From: Mobula hypostoma
Taxonomy: Eukaryota
NCBI RefSeq assembly: GCF_963921235.1
Contig: NC_086100.1
Span: 201,068,001-201,132,000 of the forward strand
Length of the DNA stretch: 64,000 bases
Direction of reading: 5' to 3'
This document shows, one piece after another, positions 37,762 through 51,590 of the stretch. The notes under the pieces are model-generated. The model was not told where the DNA came from and did no database searches. It saw only the letters and a list, made by a program, of their open reading frames with translations. Both the position numbers and the translations under genes were made by a program. Each line of letters opens with the position of its first letter. The stretch's first letter is position 1.

Positions 37762-40700
37762 TTATTTATTTATTTATTTTTCTGTAATATAATTTTTATT
37801 GAGTTTTCAAAAAGAATACATGAAAAGATAAAATCTACCCTCCCCCCTCCCCTTAACCCCCCCCCCCGATATATAGTCCTACCTAAAAAGAAAGAAAGAG
37901 AGAAAAAAGAAAAGAACCGCCTGGATGTTGGAAGGTTTCCACATGCTCCATGGGATTCAAAATAAATTTGGTATAATTATTCGTTACTTTCCCCAAGGGA
38001 CCAAGGTCTTTATCGGAGCACTTAAATATGCCATCCTTTTGTAAATAAGGGCGCCAAATATTCAAAAATGTTACATATTTATCTCTTAAATTATAAGTAA
38101 TTTTTTCGAGTGGAATAGAACTAGCCATTTCATTATTCCAATGATACATACTTAAATACGAATCAGATTTCCAAGTAACTGCTATAGTCTTCTTAGCTAC
38201 TGCCAATGCAATTTTTATAAATTCTTTCTGATATTTATTCAATTTAAGTTTCGGTTTTATCCTTCAATATCACCTAATAGAAATAATACAGGGTTATGTG
38301 GAAGTTGAGTTGCAGTAATTTGTTCCAATAAGACTCTTAAATTTATCCAAAAGGGTTGAATTTTAAAACAAGACCAAGTAGAATGTAAAAAAGTACCAAT
38401 TTCTTGATTACACCGAAAGCATTTATCAGATAGATTTGAATTTAATCTATTTATTTTTTGTGGTGTAATATATAATTGGTGTAAAAAAAATTGTACTAAT
38501 CTAAGTCGAACATTTATTGTATTTGTCATACTGTCAAGACAGAGTCTTGACCAATTTGTTTCATCAATATTAATATTCAAATCTGTTTCCCATTTTTGCT
38601 TTGACTTATGGGTTCCTTGTTTAATTGTCTGTTCTTGAATCAAATTATACATACAAGAAATTTTTTTAATTTTTCCTTTTTGAATTAAAATTTCAATTTC
38701 ATTAGGTTTTGGCAAAAACATTGTTTGACCCAGCTTACCTTTTAAGTAAACCCTTAATTGAAAGTAACAAAAGAAAGTATTATTAGATATTTTATATTTA
38801 TCCTTTAATTGTTCAAATGACATCAATATACCTCGTTCAAAACAATCTCCTATAAATTTAATCCCTTTTTGGTACCAATTATATAAAAGTTGATTGTCCA
38901 TTGTAAAAGGAATAAGTCTGTTTTGAAACAAAGGTCTCCTTGCTAATAGAGATTTCTGTGTTTCATTATCAACATTTATCTTATTCCATAAATCAATCAA
39001 ATGTGTTAATATAGGAGATTCTTTCTTTTCCCGTATCGATTTAGATTCCCATTTATATACAAAATCTTCAGGTCTATTTTCTCCTATCTTATCTAGTTCT
39101 ATTTTAATCCATGCTGGTTTTTGATCATCGAAGAAAGATGCAATAAATCTAAGTTGATTTGCTTTATAATAGTTTTTAAAGTTTGGAAGTTGTAACCCTC
39201 CTAACCCAAATTTACATGTCAATTTTTCCAATGATATTCTTGACATTTTACCTTTCCAAAGAAATTTTCTCACACATTTATTTAACTCTTGAAAAAATTT
39301 CTGTGGCAATTGTATTGGTAATGTTTGAAACAAATACTGTAATCTAGGAAATATATTCATTTTTACAACATTGACTCTACCTACTAATGTCATTGGTAGT
39401 ATTATCCATTTGTCAAAATCTTCTTGAATTTTTTTCAACAGTGGTAAATAATTAAATTTATATAAATTCTTTACATCATTATCAAGTCTTATACCTAAAT
39501 ACTTTATACCATTTACTGGCCATGTAAATTGGGTTACTAATCGACATTGACTATAGTCTCCTTTAGTAAGAGGTAAAATTTCACTTTTATCCCAATTTAT
39601 TTTGTAACCTGATACCTTCCCATATTCATCCAATCTGGAAGATAATTTATGTAATGAATGTTGTGGGTTTGTTAAATAGATCAAAACATCATCGGCAAAA
39701 AGATTAATTTTATATTCCTCCTGATTAACTCTGAAACCCATAATATCTGGATCAATTCTGATTAGTTCTGCTAATGGCTCTATCGCCAGTACAAATAAAG
39801 CAGATGATAATGGACAACCTTGTCTAGTTGACCTTTTTAACTGGAATGGTGTTGAAATTTGAGAGTTTGTCACTACTTTAGCCTTAGGGTTAGAATTTAA
39901 AGTTTTAATCCAATTTATAAAAGATGTTCCTAACCCATATTTTTCTAATACTTGAAATAAAACATCCCATTCTAATTTATCAAATGCTTTTTCTGCATCC
40001 AAAGCTACTACTATACTCTTCTCATCCCTTTTTTGTGCCAAATGAATTATACTGAGTAGCCGGGTTACATTATCTGCCAATTGTCTATTTTTAATAAATC
40101 CTGTTTGATCCATATGTATTAATTTTGGTAAATATTTAGATAATCTATTCGATAAAATTTTTGCTATTATTTTATAATTCGTATTCAATAAAGAAATAGG
40201 CCTGTATGATGTTGGTTTCATAGGGTCTCTGTCTCTTTTTGGCAATACTATTACAATCGCTGTTGAAAAAGATTCTGGAAGTTTATGTATTTTTTCTGCT
40301 TGACGTATTAGTTCCATAAAAAGAGGAAATAATAAATCTTTAAATTTTTTATAAAAGTCAGGTGGAAAACCATCTTCTCCTGGAGATTTATTACTTTGGA
40401 GTGATCCTAAAGCTTCTTCAACTTCTTTTAATGTAAAAGGCATATCTAATCCCTTCTGTTCTTCCAAATTCAATTTTGGAAGAGAAATTTGTGATTAAAA
40501 ACCTTTCTATCTCATTAACATCATTTTGGGATTCTGATTGATATAATTCAGAATATAAATTTTTAAAAGTTTCATTTATTTCAAGAGGTTTATAAGATAT
40601 TTTATTTGCCCTTGTTCTAATTGCATTTATTGTTTTGGAAACTTGTTCTGTTTTCAACTGCCAGGCAAGAATTTTATGTGCTCTCTCACCTAACTCATAA

Positions 40701-42096
40701 TACCTTTGTTTAGTTCTTATAATTGCCTTTTCCGTTTTATATGTCTGAAGCGTATTATATTGTAACTTCTTATTGACAAGTTGTCTTCGTTTTTCTTCTG
40801 ACATATATCTTTGAGATTCTTTTTCTATTTTTGTAATCTCTTTTTCCAATTGATCTAGTTCTGCCATATATTCTTTCTTAATTTTAGACGTATAACTTAT
40901 TATCTGGCCCCTAAGATATGCTTTCATCGCATCCAATAATATAAATTTATCATCCACTGAATGAAAATTTGTATCCAAAAAAAATTGAATCTGCTTTTTC
41001 ATAAAATCACAGAAATCTTGACGTTTTAATAATGTTGAATTAAATCTCCATCTATAAGCCACTTCTTCCTTATCAGCCATTATTATTGTCATTAATAAAG
41101 GGGAATAATCTGATAATATTCTTGCTTTATATTCCATATTTTTCACTCTGTATTGAATATGCATTGATAATAGAAACAAATCTATCCTTGAGTAAGTTTT
41201 ATGTCTATGGGAATAGAACGAATAGTCTTTCTTTAGGATTGATTCTTCTCCATATATCAATCAAATTTAAATCCTTCATCAATGATAAAGTTAAATTGAC
41301 TACCTTCGATTTTATAACAGCCTTGGTTGATCTATCTAAGACTGGGTCTAAGCAAAAATTAAAGTCTCCTCCAATTAATATTTTTTCATGTGCATCCGCC
41401 AAATTCAGAAAAGCTTCTTGTATGAATTTTGCATAATTTTCATTTGGTGCATAAATATTCATAAAAGTCCATAATTCAGAAAAAAGTTGACAATGTATAA
41501 TCACATATCTCCCCGCAGAATCAGTTATTACATTTTGTATTCTAATTGGTAACATTTTATTGATCAAAATTGCTACTCCCCTCGCTTTTGAATTAAATGA
41601 AGCCGCAACAACACTACCCACCCAATTTCTCTTTAGTTTCTGATGTTCTGTTTCTGATAGCTGTGTTTCCTGTAAAAAAGCTAAATCTATCTTCATTTTT
41701 TTAATATGTGTTAAGATTCTTTTTCTTTTCACTGGTCCATTAAGCCCATTAACATTAAAACTCAAAAAATTCAAAAAATTAGTCATTATTCTTAACAAAG
41801 TTACTCCAATCTAAAACATTATTTATCTTCTCAACTCTCATATTTCCTTGGGGAATCTCTTTAAACTTCACCATGTTGCTATGTGTTTCCCTCCCAACCT
41901 TCCAGGCAAAAAGAAAAGAAAAGATAGAAAGAATACAAAAAAAGAAAAAACAAAATACCCCCCCACTAATGTTGTGAATGAAAAGATACACAACACTACC
42001 CCCCTCCATTTTACGGGTCGTGGCAAAAGCCACGCTTGCACACATGATTAGCGTAGCAATCGATCAGTGCTTCTTCCAGCTGCCCCGCAACAAAAA

Positions 42097-42147
<51 letters not shown>

Positions 42148-43550
42148 AAATTATTGTTACTATTCCCAACTAATATTCCTCCAGTTTTAACCTTTCTTAC
42201 CCCCCTCGTATAATTATATATTTATACATTCAACCAGCTTCAAAAATCCATCAAGTCCATTCTTTAACCCAATCTTCATCTTCAATTTGTCTCGCTCCCC
42301 TGGATTTGTTCTTGTATCTGGTGAATATTCAGAGAATTTCACACAAGCTGCTCTGCTTTCTGGTAGTCATCAAAAAATCTTTTTTCTCCACCAGGCAAAA
42401 AAATCTTCAAGGTTGCAGGATAACGCAGTATAAATTGATAACCATGATCCCATAGGGTTTTTTTCACTGGATTAAATTTCTTCCTTCTCTTCAAAAGTTC
42501 ATAACTTATATCAGGGTAGAAAAAAACTTTGTTCCCTTTAATTATCAATGGCCCTTTTCTATCCTTGGCAGCTCGAGCAGCTGCCTGTAGAATCCTTTCC
42601 TTGTCTTGAAATCTTAAGAATTTTATTAAAATCGATCATGGATATTGGTCATCTTTTGGTTTTGGTCTTAGAGCTCTATGTGCCCGCTCAATTTCAATTG
42701 GTCGAACCTCCTCTTCCATTTGCAAAACATCCGGGATCCATTTTTGAAAAAATTCTATTGGTTTTTCTCCCTCCGTACCTTCTTTAAGACCAACAATTTT
42801 AATATTATTATGTCTACTGAAATTTTCCAACATGTCCACTTTCTCCAAGAGTCGATTTCTTTCCGAGTTCCAGACAAGCAGATCACTTTCTGTTTTTTCC
42901 ACTCTATCATTCATATGCCCCATTGCTCTTTCCATCTTTTGAAGCTTCTTATCCATTTTGTCCTGTCTTTCCATAACTTTATTATAGCACATCTTCGTAT
43001 CTCTAAGCTCTTCTCTTACTTTTCTTAGTTCAGCCGTTAATTGCAATAAAGCCTCTCTCATGTCTCTATCATCTCCTTTACTTCCAATCGCTTCCAATTC
43101 TTCCTCCTCTTCTTCATCTGTGTTCTCTGCAGAATCCGATTCCGACTCTGAGTCATTTTCAATTGCAGTCGCTGTCGGTTCTTGTAGTTTGCGTTGTGTC
43201 GATTTGCGCATGCGCTCTACTTTGTGCAAGCGCATTTCTGGTGTCGTCTTCGAAGAACCCGTTGCCACCACCATTGCTCCCTGTTCTACCGAAGGAGATC
43301 CAACCTGAGTCCGAGGCTCCATCGTTGCAGTAGGCCCTTTTTTCTTCCCGTCTCGCGGCTGCTTCACAACAGCAGACTTCTTTTGTTGCGGTTTAGGAGG
43401 CATATCGTAAAGTAATCTTACAAAGTTTATAAATAGTTTTCAGAAAATATTTACTAACTTTGTTTTGTTTAAACGGTACTTTACTGACTTGTTGCGGGAG
43501 AGCTGGATTTACACGTCTCAATCCCACGTCATCACGTGACCCCCCCCCCC
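37762..43550 (-). mobile_element. Full-length L1-clade LINE (~5.8 kb), ORF1 and ORF2 broken by a few frameshifts
   Basis: 13-bp TSD ATACTTTATTTAT at 37749-37761 and 43551-43563; ORF1 43403-42339 (coiled coil, 'NNIKIVGLKEG', 'IERAHR'); ORF2 from ~41786 with APE 'SFNVNGL...QET...GGDFN', RT 'DAEKAFD...RQGCPLS...FADD' and CCHC; (TAAA)n tail. Confidence 0.96.
42102..42145. repeat. (TA)n microsatellite in the L1 inter-ORF region
   Basis: about 22 TA units. Confidence 0.95.
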
Positions 43551-44785
43551 ATACTTTATTTATCTGAAGAAACTTTCAGATTCCTCTTTAATATTATAGG
43601 CCAGCATACTTTTGTATTCCATCTTTACCTTAATTACTTTAGGTTCTTTCTGTTGGTTTTTAAAAGCTTCCCAATCCTCTAACCTCCCACTCATTTTTGC
43701 TCTATTATTCACCCTCTCTTTGGCTTTTATGTTGGCTTTGACTTCTCTTGTTAGTCACGGTTGTGTCATCTTTCCTTTAGAGTATTTCTTCCTCTTTGGG
43801 ATTATATCCTGTGCCTTCCAAATTGCTTCCAGAAATTCCAGCCGTTGCTGCTTTGCCATCATCCCTGCCAGTGTTCCTTTTCAATCATTTCTGGCCAACT
43901 CCTCTCATGCCTCTGTAATTCCCTTTATTCCATTGTAATACTGATACATCTGACTTCAACTTCTCAAATTGCAGAGTGAATTCGATCATATTATGATCAC
44001 TTGCCCCTGAGGGTTCTTTTACCTTAAACTCTCTAATCAATTCTGGTTCATTGCACAACACCCAATCCAGAATAGCTGATCCCCTAGTGAACTTAACCAC
44101 CAGCTGCTCTTAAAAAGCCATCTTGATTTTCCCAGTCCACCTGCATATTGGAATTCCCCATGACTATTGTAACATTGCCCTTTTGGCATGCATTTTCTGT
44201 CTCCCAGTATAATTTGTAGTCAACATCCTTGCTACTGATTGGGGTCTTTATGCAATTCCCATCAGGGATTTTACCCCTTGCTACTCCTTAGCCCTATCCA
44301 CAATGATTATGTATAGTATTTTGTGTTCATTTATTCTTTCTGTAAATGCATAAAAGTTAAACTCAGGGTAGTAAATGGTAACATCTACATACTTTGATAA
44401 TAAATTTACTTTGAACTCACCATTCCTGAGCTAAAGTGATATCTGTGTGGGCTTCCTGTTCGCCTAGGTGCTCTGTTTTCCTGCCCCATCCCGCCATGTA
44501 TGTGTGGCTGAGTTGGGTGTGCTTGCTAAAGAGTGCGCAGTGTGTGTGTGTGGGTGAGTTATTGGCAGTGTGGTGAATACAGTAAGGTAAGTGGAAGTGG
44601 GTCAGCTCGGACTCAGGGCTTTGTCCTTGCTGTGTGGCTTGATGAATCTATGACTATACTGTGAGAGGGTACAAGACCATCTGAGGGAGTGGCTCAGTGC
44701 CCAGTCCTTGCCACTGGCCGTATTTGTGCCCTTGTGTTCCGCGAACTCCTGCCACGTTGACACCCGTGTGTTTCCTACCATCCAG

Positions 44786-44963
44786 CTTTGAGACCCCCAC
44801 ACACTTTAGCAGCTGCACCCGCGATGACCTGAACAGAAACCTGCTCCACGGCGGAGGCATGTGTCTCTATAACCTGCCCAACCTGAAGCTGCTGGTTGGA
44901 GGACAACAGTGTGGGAACATGTACGTGGAGGAAGGCGAGGAGTGCGACTGTGGCAAGCCCGAG
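44786..44963 (+). CDS. adam15: ADAM15-like exon E, end of metalloprotease and start of disintegrin (FSSC...GGGMCLYNLP...CGNMYVEEGEECDCGKPE)
   Basis: ccatccag|C TTT...GAG|gtaagg; 178 nt, phase 2/0; CGN.xVE.GEECDCG signature. Confidence 0.95.
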
Positions 44964-45300
44964 GTAAGGATGGGCTCTGATGGGGATTTAACTGTAAAGT
45001 TACAGAGTATACAGCACAGAAACAAGCCTAGAACCCAAACCTATTCATGTCAACCAAGGTATCTCTCTGACCTAGTCCCATATCCCACTCAACCTTTCCT
45101 ATTCATGCACCCGTTCAAGTCTTAATAATTGTAATTACATCTGCAGCTTTCACTGGAAGTTCATTCCATAGACCATAAAAGCATAAGATATAGGAGCTGG
45201 ATAAGGCCATTTGGCCCTTCAAATCTGCCCAGCCATTCCATCATGGCTGATTTATTTTCCCTCTCAACCCCATTCTCCTCCCTTCGCCCCGTGACCTTTG

Positions 45301-46514
45301 ACAGTGCAGTGGATGTTGTGTATTTGGATTTTCATAAGGCCTTTGACAAGGTGCCACACATGAGGCTGCTTAACAAGATGAGAGCCCATGGAATTACAGG
45401 AAAGTTACATACGTGGATAGAGCGTTGGCTGATTGGCAGGAAACAGTGTGGGAATAAAGGGATCCTATTCTAGTTGGCTGCCGGTTACCAGTGGTGTTCC
45501 ACAGGGGTCTGTGTTGGGGCCACTTCTTTTTACATTGTACATCAACGATTTGGATTATGGAATAGATGGCTTTGTGGCTAAGTTTGCTGACGATACGAAG
45601 ATAGGTGGAGGGGCTGGTAGTGCTGAGGAAACGGACAGTCTGCAGAGAGACTTAGATAGATTGGAAGAATGGGCAAAGAAGTGGCAAATGAAATACAATG
45701 TTGGAAAGTGTATGGTTATGCACTTTGGCAGAAAAAATAAACGGGCAGACTGTTATTTAAATGGGGAGAGAATTCAAAGTTCTGAAATGCAACGGGACTT
45801 GGGAGTCCTTGTACAGGATACCCTTAAAGTTAACCTCCAGGTTGAGTCAGTAGTGAAGAAGGCGAATGCAATGTTGGCATTCATTTCTAGAGGAATAGAG
45901 TATAGGAGCAGGGATGTGATGTTGAGGCTCTATAAGGCGCTGGTGAGACCTCACTTGGAGTACTGTGGGCAGTTTTGGTCTCCTTATTTAAGAAAGGATG
46001 TGCTGACATTGGAGAGGGTACAGAGAAGATTCACTAGAATGATTCTGGGAATGAGAGGGTTAACATATGAGGAACGTTTGTCCACTCTTGGACTGTATTT
46101 CTTGGAGTTTATAAGAATGAGGGGAGACCTCATAGAAACATTTCGAATGTTGAAAGGCATGGACAGAGTGGATGTGGCAAAGTTGTTTCCCATGATGAGG
46201 GAGTCTAGTACGAGAGGGCATGACTTAAGGATTGAAGGGCTCCCATTCAGAACAGAAATGCGAAGAAATTTTTTTAGTCAGAGCGTGGTGAATCTATGGA
46301 ATTTGTTGCCACGGGCAGCAGTGGAGGCCAAGACATTGGGTGTATTTAAGGCAGATATTGATAGGTATCTGAGTAGCCAGGGCAACAAAGGTTATGGTGA
46401 GAAGGCGGGGGAGTGGGACTAAATGGGAGAATGGATCAGCTCATGATAAAATGGTGGAGCAGACTTGATGGGCCGAATGGCCGACTTCTGCTCCTTTGTC
46501 TTATGGTCTTATGC
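45301..46514 (+). mobile_element. Young CR1 LINE 3' portion nested in a minus-strand CR1 tail
   Basis: uninterrupted 329-aa RT C-terminal ORF 45433-46422; TCTTATGG tail. Confidence 0.95.
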
Positions 46515-46915
46515 CATCCTTGCTAATTAAGTACTTATCAGCCTCTAAATATATCCAGTGATTTGATCTCCACAGCCATCTACGGCAAGGAATCCCACAA
46601 ATTCACCAAAGAAATTATTCATTTCTGTTCTAAAGGGACATCCTTCTATTCTGAAGAAGTGCACTCTGGTCCTTTTGTCAGGCTGAAATCAGTGCCAGGG
46701 GTCATTCATTAGTGACACAGCATGAAGTTTAAAAAGAGCTTGGGAGCTTTCAGCTTTATTTCAGCAAGCAACAATTAGTATAGGGCCAATACAGTATACG
46801 GAAAGGAGGTGTAAGCAGAGCAGCCATTGTGTGAGTGGGCCAGTGTTAGAGTGGTCTGGCTTTGACTCAGCAGGCTTGGATAAGCACAGGCAGGGAGAGG
46901 TTCAAAGTAATATAA

Positions 46916-47228
46916 CAGACAAGAGAAGATCTGCAGATGCTGGAAATCCAAAGCAACACACACAAAATGCTGGGGGAACTCAGCAGGCCAGGCAGCATCT
47001 ATGGAAAAGAGTACAGTCGACATTTTGGGCCGAAACTCTTCAGCAGGACTGGAGAAAAGGAGACGAGGAGTCAGGATCAGAGGGTGGGGGGAGGGATGGG
47101 AGAAACACAAGGTGATAGGTGAAACTGGAAGAGGGAGTGAAGTGAGCTGGGAAGTTGATCGGTGAAAGAGATACAGGGCTGGAGAAGGGGGAACTAACAG
47201 GAGAGGACATAAGGCCATGGGAGAAAGT
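46916..47228 (-). mobile_element. PLE 3' region with degenerate hammerhead (47015-47050)
   Basis: reverse complement AGTC-CTGCTGA-AGAGTTTCGGCCC-AAAATGTC-GACT; shared 'GATGCTGCCTGGCCTGCTG' block. Confidence 0.8.
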
Positions 47229-47599
47229 TTCTAATAAGTTCTTTTAATTCTGTTTGTACATAGCTAGTGCACTGAGAATGGATCCAGAGACAGTGATATA
47301 TTCTTTGTGTGAGATGTGGAAGACGTCCAGTTTCTCTGATAACTGGTACACCGAGATGCAGCTCCTTAGAGACCCTGTTAAGGGACTGTTCCTCAACTGC
47401 TCCACCATATAGCCCATGTTCCCTGCCTACCCAATCCAACTCCTCCCTCATCTTGTTGTAGTCTCCCTTATTTCGGCATAATACACTGGTTTTAGATCAA
47501 ACTATTGCACCCTTTGTTGGTATGAGAAACTCAGTCATACTGTGGTCACTCTTTCCAAGATGATCCAGAACTACAAGATCACTAATTTTACCTGTCTCA

Positions 47600-50500
47600 C
47601 TTCACAACACCAGATTCAAGATAGCATGTTCCCTTGTAGGTTCAGTAACATTCTAAAGAAATTCGTCCTCAGCTCTGTCCTAAAAGGACACCTGTCTATT
47701 CTGAGGCTGTATCCTCTGGTCCTAGACTCTCTCACCATAGGAAACATTCTCCCCACATCCACTCTATCAATACCTTTCACCATTCGATAGGTTTCATTGA
47801 GGTCACCCCTCATTCTCTGAATCCTAGTGAATACAGGCCCAGAGCTTTTCATATGACAAGTCGTTTAATCCTGGAATCATTTTTGTGAATCTCCTTTGAA
47901 CCGTCTCCAGTTTCAGCACATCCTTTCTAAGATAAGGGGCCCAGAACTGCTCACAATACTTCAAGTCAGGCCTCACCAGCGCTTTATAAATTCTCAACAT
48001 TACACACTTGCTTTTAAACTCTAGTCCTCTTGAAATGAATGCTAACATCACATTTGTCTTCCTCACCATAGTCTTGACCTGCAAATTAACTAAAGAATCC
48101 TGTACAAGGATTCCCAAGTGCCTTTGCACCTCAGTTCTTTGTATTTTCTCTGCATTTAGAAAATAGTCAATACTTTCAGTTCTTCTACCAAAGTGCATGA
48201 TCATGTACTTCCTGACACTGTATTCCATCTGCCACTTCTTTGCACATCCTCTCAATCTGTCTAAGCCCTTCTGCAGCCTCTCTACTTCCTCAAAACTACC
48301 TGCCCCTCCATCTATTTTCATATCGTCTACAAACTTTGCAACAAAGCCATCAATTCCATCATCCAAATCATTGACATATAACCTAAAGAGAATCGGTTCC
48401 AATACGGGCCCCTGTGGAATACCACTAGTCACCAGCAGCCAACCAAAAAAAGGTCCTTTTAATCCCACTTTTTGCCTCCTGCTAAACAGGAGGTGTTGGG
48501 TAATGAGCCTGGCCAGGTGACTGTCTGCTCCGTAGGGAACAGCGACCACAACTCCTTATCTTTCAGGATAGCTATAGATAAGGATCAATATGGTCCTTGT
48601 GGGAGAGTTTGAAATTGGAGTAGGGCAAATTGCAACAGCTTTAGGCAGGAGCCATGAAGCGTTAACTAGGAACACCTTTTTTCAGTCAAGTCCACATCAG
48701 AACATGTGGAGGGTGTTTAAAGATCAATTGCATGGAATACAGGAAAGATATGTTCCTGTTAGAAGGAAGGAAAGGGGTGGAAAGATAGAGAAACTTGGAT
48801 ATCCAGAGAGGTAATGATTTAGTCATAGTCATACTTTATTAATCCCGGGGGAAATTGGTTTTCGTTACAGTTGCTCCATAAATAATAAATAGTAATAGAA
48901 CCATAAATAGTTAAATAGTAATATGTAAATTATGCCAGTAAATTATGAAATAAGTCCAGGACCAGCCTATTGGCTCAGGGTGTCTGACCCTCCAAGGGAG
49001 GAGTTGTAAAGTTTGATGGCCACGGGCAGGAATGACTTCCTATGACGCTCTGTGTTGCATCTCGGTGGAATGAGTCTCTGGCTGAATGTACTCCTGTGCC
49101 CACCCAGTACATTATGTAGTGGATGGGAGACATTGACCAGCAGGAAGAAAAAGTATGTAAAGCTTCAGAAGTCAGGATCAAATGAAGCACATGAGGAGTA
49201 TAAAGAAGTCAGAAAAGAACTAAATAAGGGAATTAAGAAAGCCAGGAGGGGCTATGTAAAGTCCTTGGCAAGTAGGATTCAGGTGAATCCGAAGGCATTC
49301 TATTCGTACATCAAGAGCAAGAGGATAACTGGGGAGGGTGGGACCACTCAAGGATAAAGGTGGGGGGACATTTGCTTGGATGCAGAGAATGTGAGTGAGG
49401 CACTTAATGAATAGGTTGCTTCAGTATTTACCAACGAATAGGACATGGAGGACAAGGAGACCAGTGCTAAGTGTATAAATAGGTCAGAGTGTTGAGAGTT
49501 CAAGGAGGAGGAAGTGTTGGGCCTCCTAAAGAGAGGTAGGGTGTAGAAGTCCCAGGGCCTGATGGGATTTGCCCCAGGTTATTGACGCAGGCAAGAGACT
49601 AGATTGCTAGGCCCTTGACCAGTTTCTTCGTATTCTCTCTAGCCACAGGCGAGGTCCCGAAGGACCAGCCAGTGGCTATTGTTGTACCTCTATTTAAGAA
49701 GGAAGCAAAGGAAAATCCCAGGAACTATAGACCTGTGACTCTCATGTCAGTTGCAAGGAAATTGCTGGAGAAAATCCCTAAGGATAGAATATGTGAGCAT
49801 TTGGAATCCCAGCACCCAACCAGGGAGAGCCAGCACGGCTTTGTGCGTTGCTGGTCGTGCCTTACCAACTTACTCGTATTTTTAGACAAGGTGACAAGAG
49901 GTTGAAGAGGGTCGGGCAGTGATATTACATACATAGATTTTAATAAGGTGTTTGCCAAAGTCCCTCATGGGAGACTAATCCAGACGATTAAGATGCATGG
50001 GAACCACAGTGATTTAATGCAGACAAGTGTGAGGTTTTGCACTTCAGTAGGACCAACCAGGGGAGGTCTTACACAATGAATGCTGGGGCACTGAGGAGTG
50101 TGGTAGAATAAAAGGATCTGGGAATACAGGTACATAATTTGTTGCTAGTGGCATCATAAGCAGATAGGGTCATAAAGAAAGCATTTGGCACATTGGCCTT
50201 TGTAAATTTTGACCGACACTTTCAATCTTATTTACATCTTTCCTGTAGGTAGGTGGCCAAAACTGCACACAATAGTCCAAAGTAGGCTTCAATACCATCT
50301 TATTCGTACTCCATGGCATCTCGTACTCAGTACATTGATTTACAAAGATCCTTCTGTTAAACGTCGACTGTACTCTTTTCCATAGATGTTGCCTGGCCTG
50401 CTGAGTTCCTCCAGCATTTTGTGATTGTTGCTTGCAAGGATGTTGCCGGGACTAGAGGACCTAAATAACAAGGAAAGATCGAATACGTCAGGATTGTATT

Positions 50501-51590
50501 CCTTAGAACGTAGAAGATTAGAGGGGGTTGAGTGCGGTGTACAAAATTCTGAGGGGTATAGATAGGGTAAATGCAGCAGGCTTTTTCCACTGCGGTTGGG
50601 TGGTACTACAACTGGGAGTCATGCATAAAGGGTGAAAGTTCGGAAGTTTAAGGGGAACGTGAGCAGAAACTTATTCACTCAAGGGGTTGGGAGTGTGGAA
50701 TAAGCTGTCAGCACAAGTGGTGCATGTGAGCTCGATTTCAATGTTTAAGTGAAGTCTGAGTAGGTACTTTGATAGTAGGGATATGGAGGTCTATGGTCCT
50801 GGTGCAGGTCGATGACAGTAGGCAGTGTAAATGGTTTCAGCATGGATTGGATGGGCCATAGACCCTGTTTCTGTGATGTACTTCTCTATGAATCTACAAA
50901 TTGGGACTTTCACGTACTGATGAAGGAAACTTTCTGAACATATTTGACAAGCTCTATCCCATCTTGTCCTTTTACAGTATAAGAGTCCCAGTCAATTTGT
51001 GGAAAGTTAAAATCACCTACTGTAATAACTTTATGGGCCAAGACTTGCACAGCACAATTATTCATTTTATTGAGGTAAACTTGGTCGCAGGAAAATATCA
51101 CAGCAACAGTCTGTGATCTCTCTTCAGATTAGTTCCCCTAATCCGCCAGACTGTTGGGTGTCTGTAATACAGCCCTATATCTTTCTTATTCCACAGTTCC
51201 AGTCATTATACGTCACTCAGCAAGCTGCCTGGCCTGAAGGAGATTCTCTGACTAGTAACACCACCCCTACTCCTTTAATCCGTCCTGCTCTGTTGCGTGT
51301 AAAACAAAAAAACCTCGGAATATTGAACGGCCAGTCCTGCCCCTCCTGCAACTAACTTTATTTCAATAAAATAAAGAATACTATAAAGCCCTGCCCCATT
51401 TGATGGTGCTCATATGTTATACATGTGTAATTCATTGTGGAGGCCTGATATATTTAAAGCAAAGTTTGAAAGGTTCTTGATTTGTAAGATCATCTATACC
51501 TCATACTTGTCTGAATTCCAAAGATTCATTACCCTCTGGCTAAAGAAATTCCTCCTCAGTTCTGTTCTAAATGATGTCTCTCTATTCTGA
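47600..51590. mobile_element. Mosaic of CR1 fragments on both strands, with a Rex 3' end (-, 48823-49139) and a PLE tail fragment (+, 50359-50433)
   Basis: ORFs 47824-48549 and 49615-49905; Rex copy closely matches 25537-25853. Confidence 0.82.

Larger units (their letters stand above)
36080..44300 (-). mobile_element. CR1 LINE interrupted by a full-length L1
   Basis: continuous CR1 ORF2 homology on both sides of 37762-43550 (RT at 36100-37750; endonuclease 'TRGSAILDWVLCN...SDHN' at ~43885-44100). Confidence 0.88.

Noticed and set aside
42339..43403. Acidic coiled-coil ORF as a cellular gene
   Set aside because: It is ORF1 of the TSD-bounded L1
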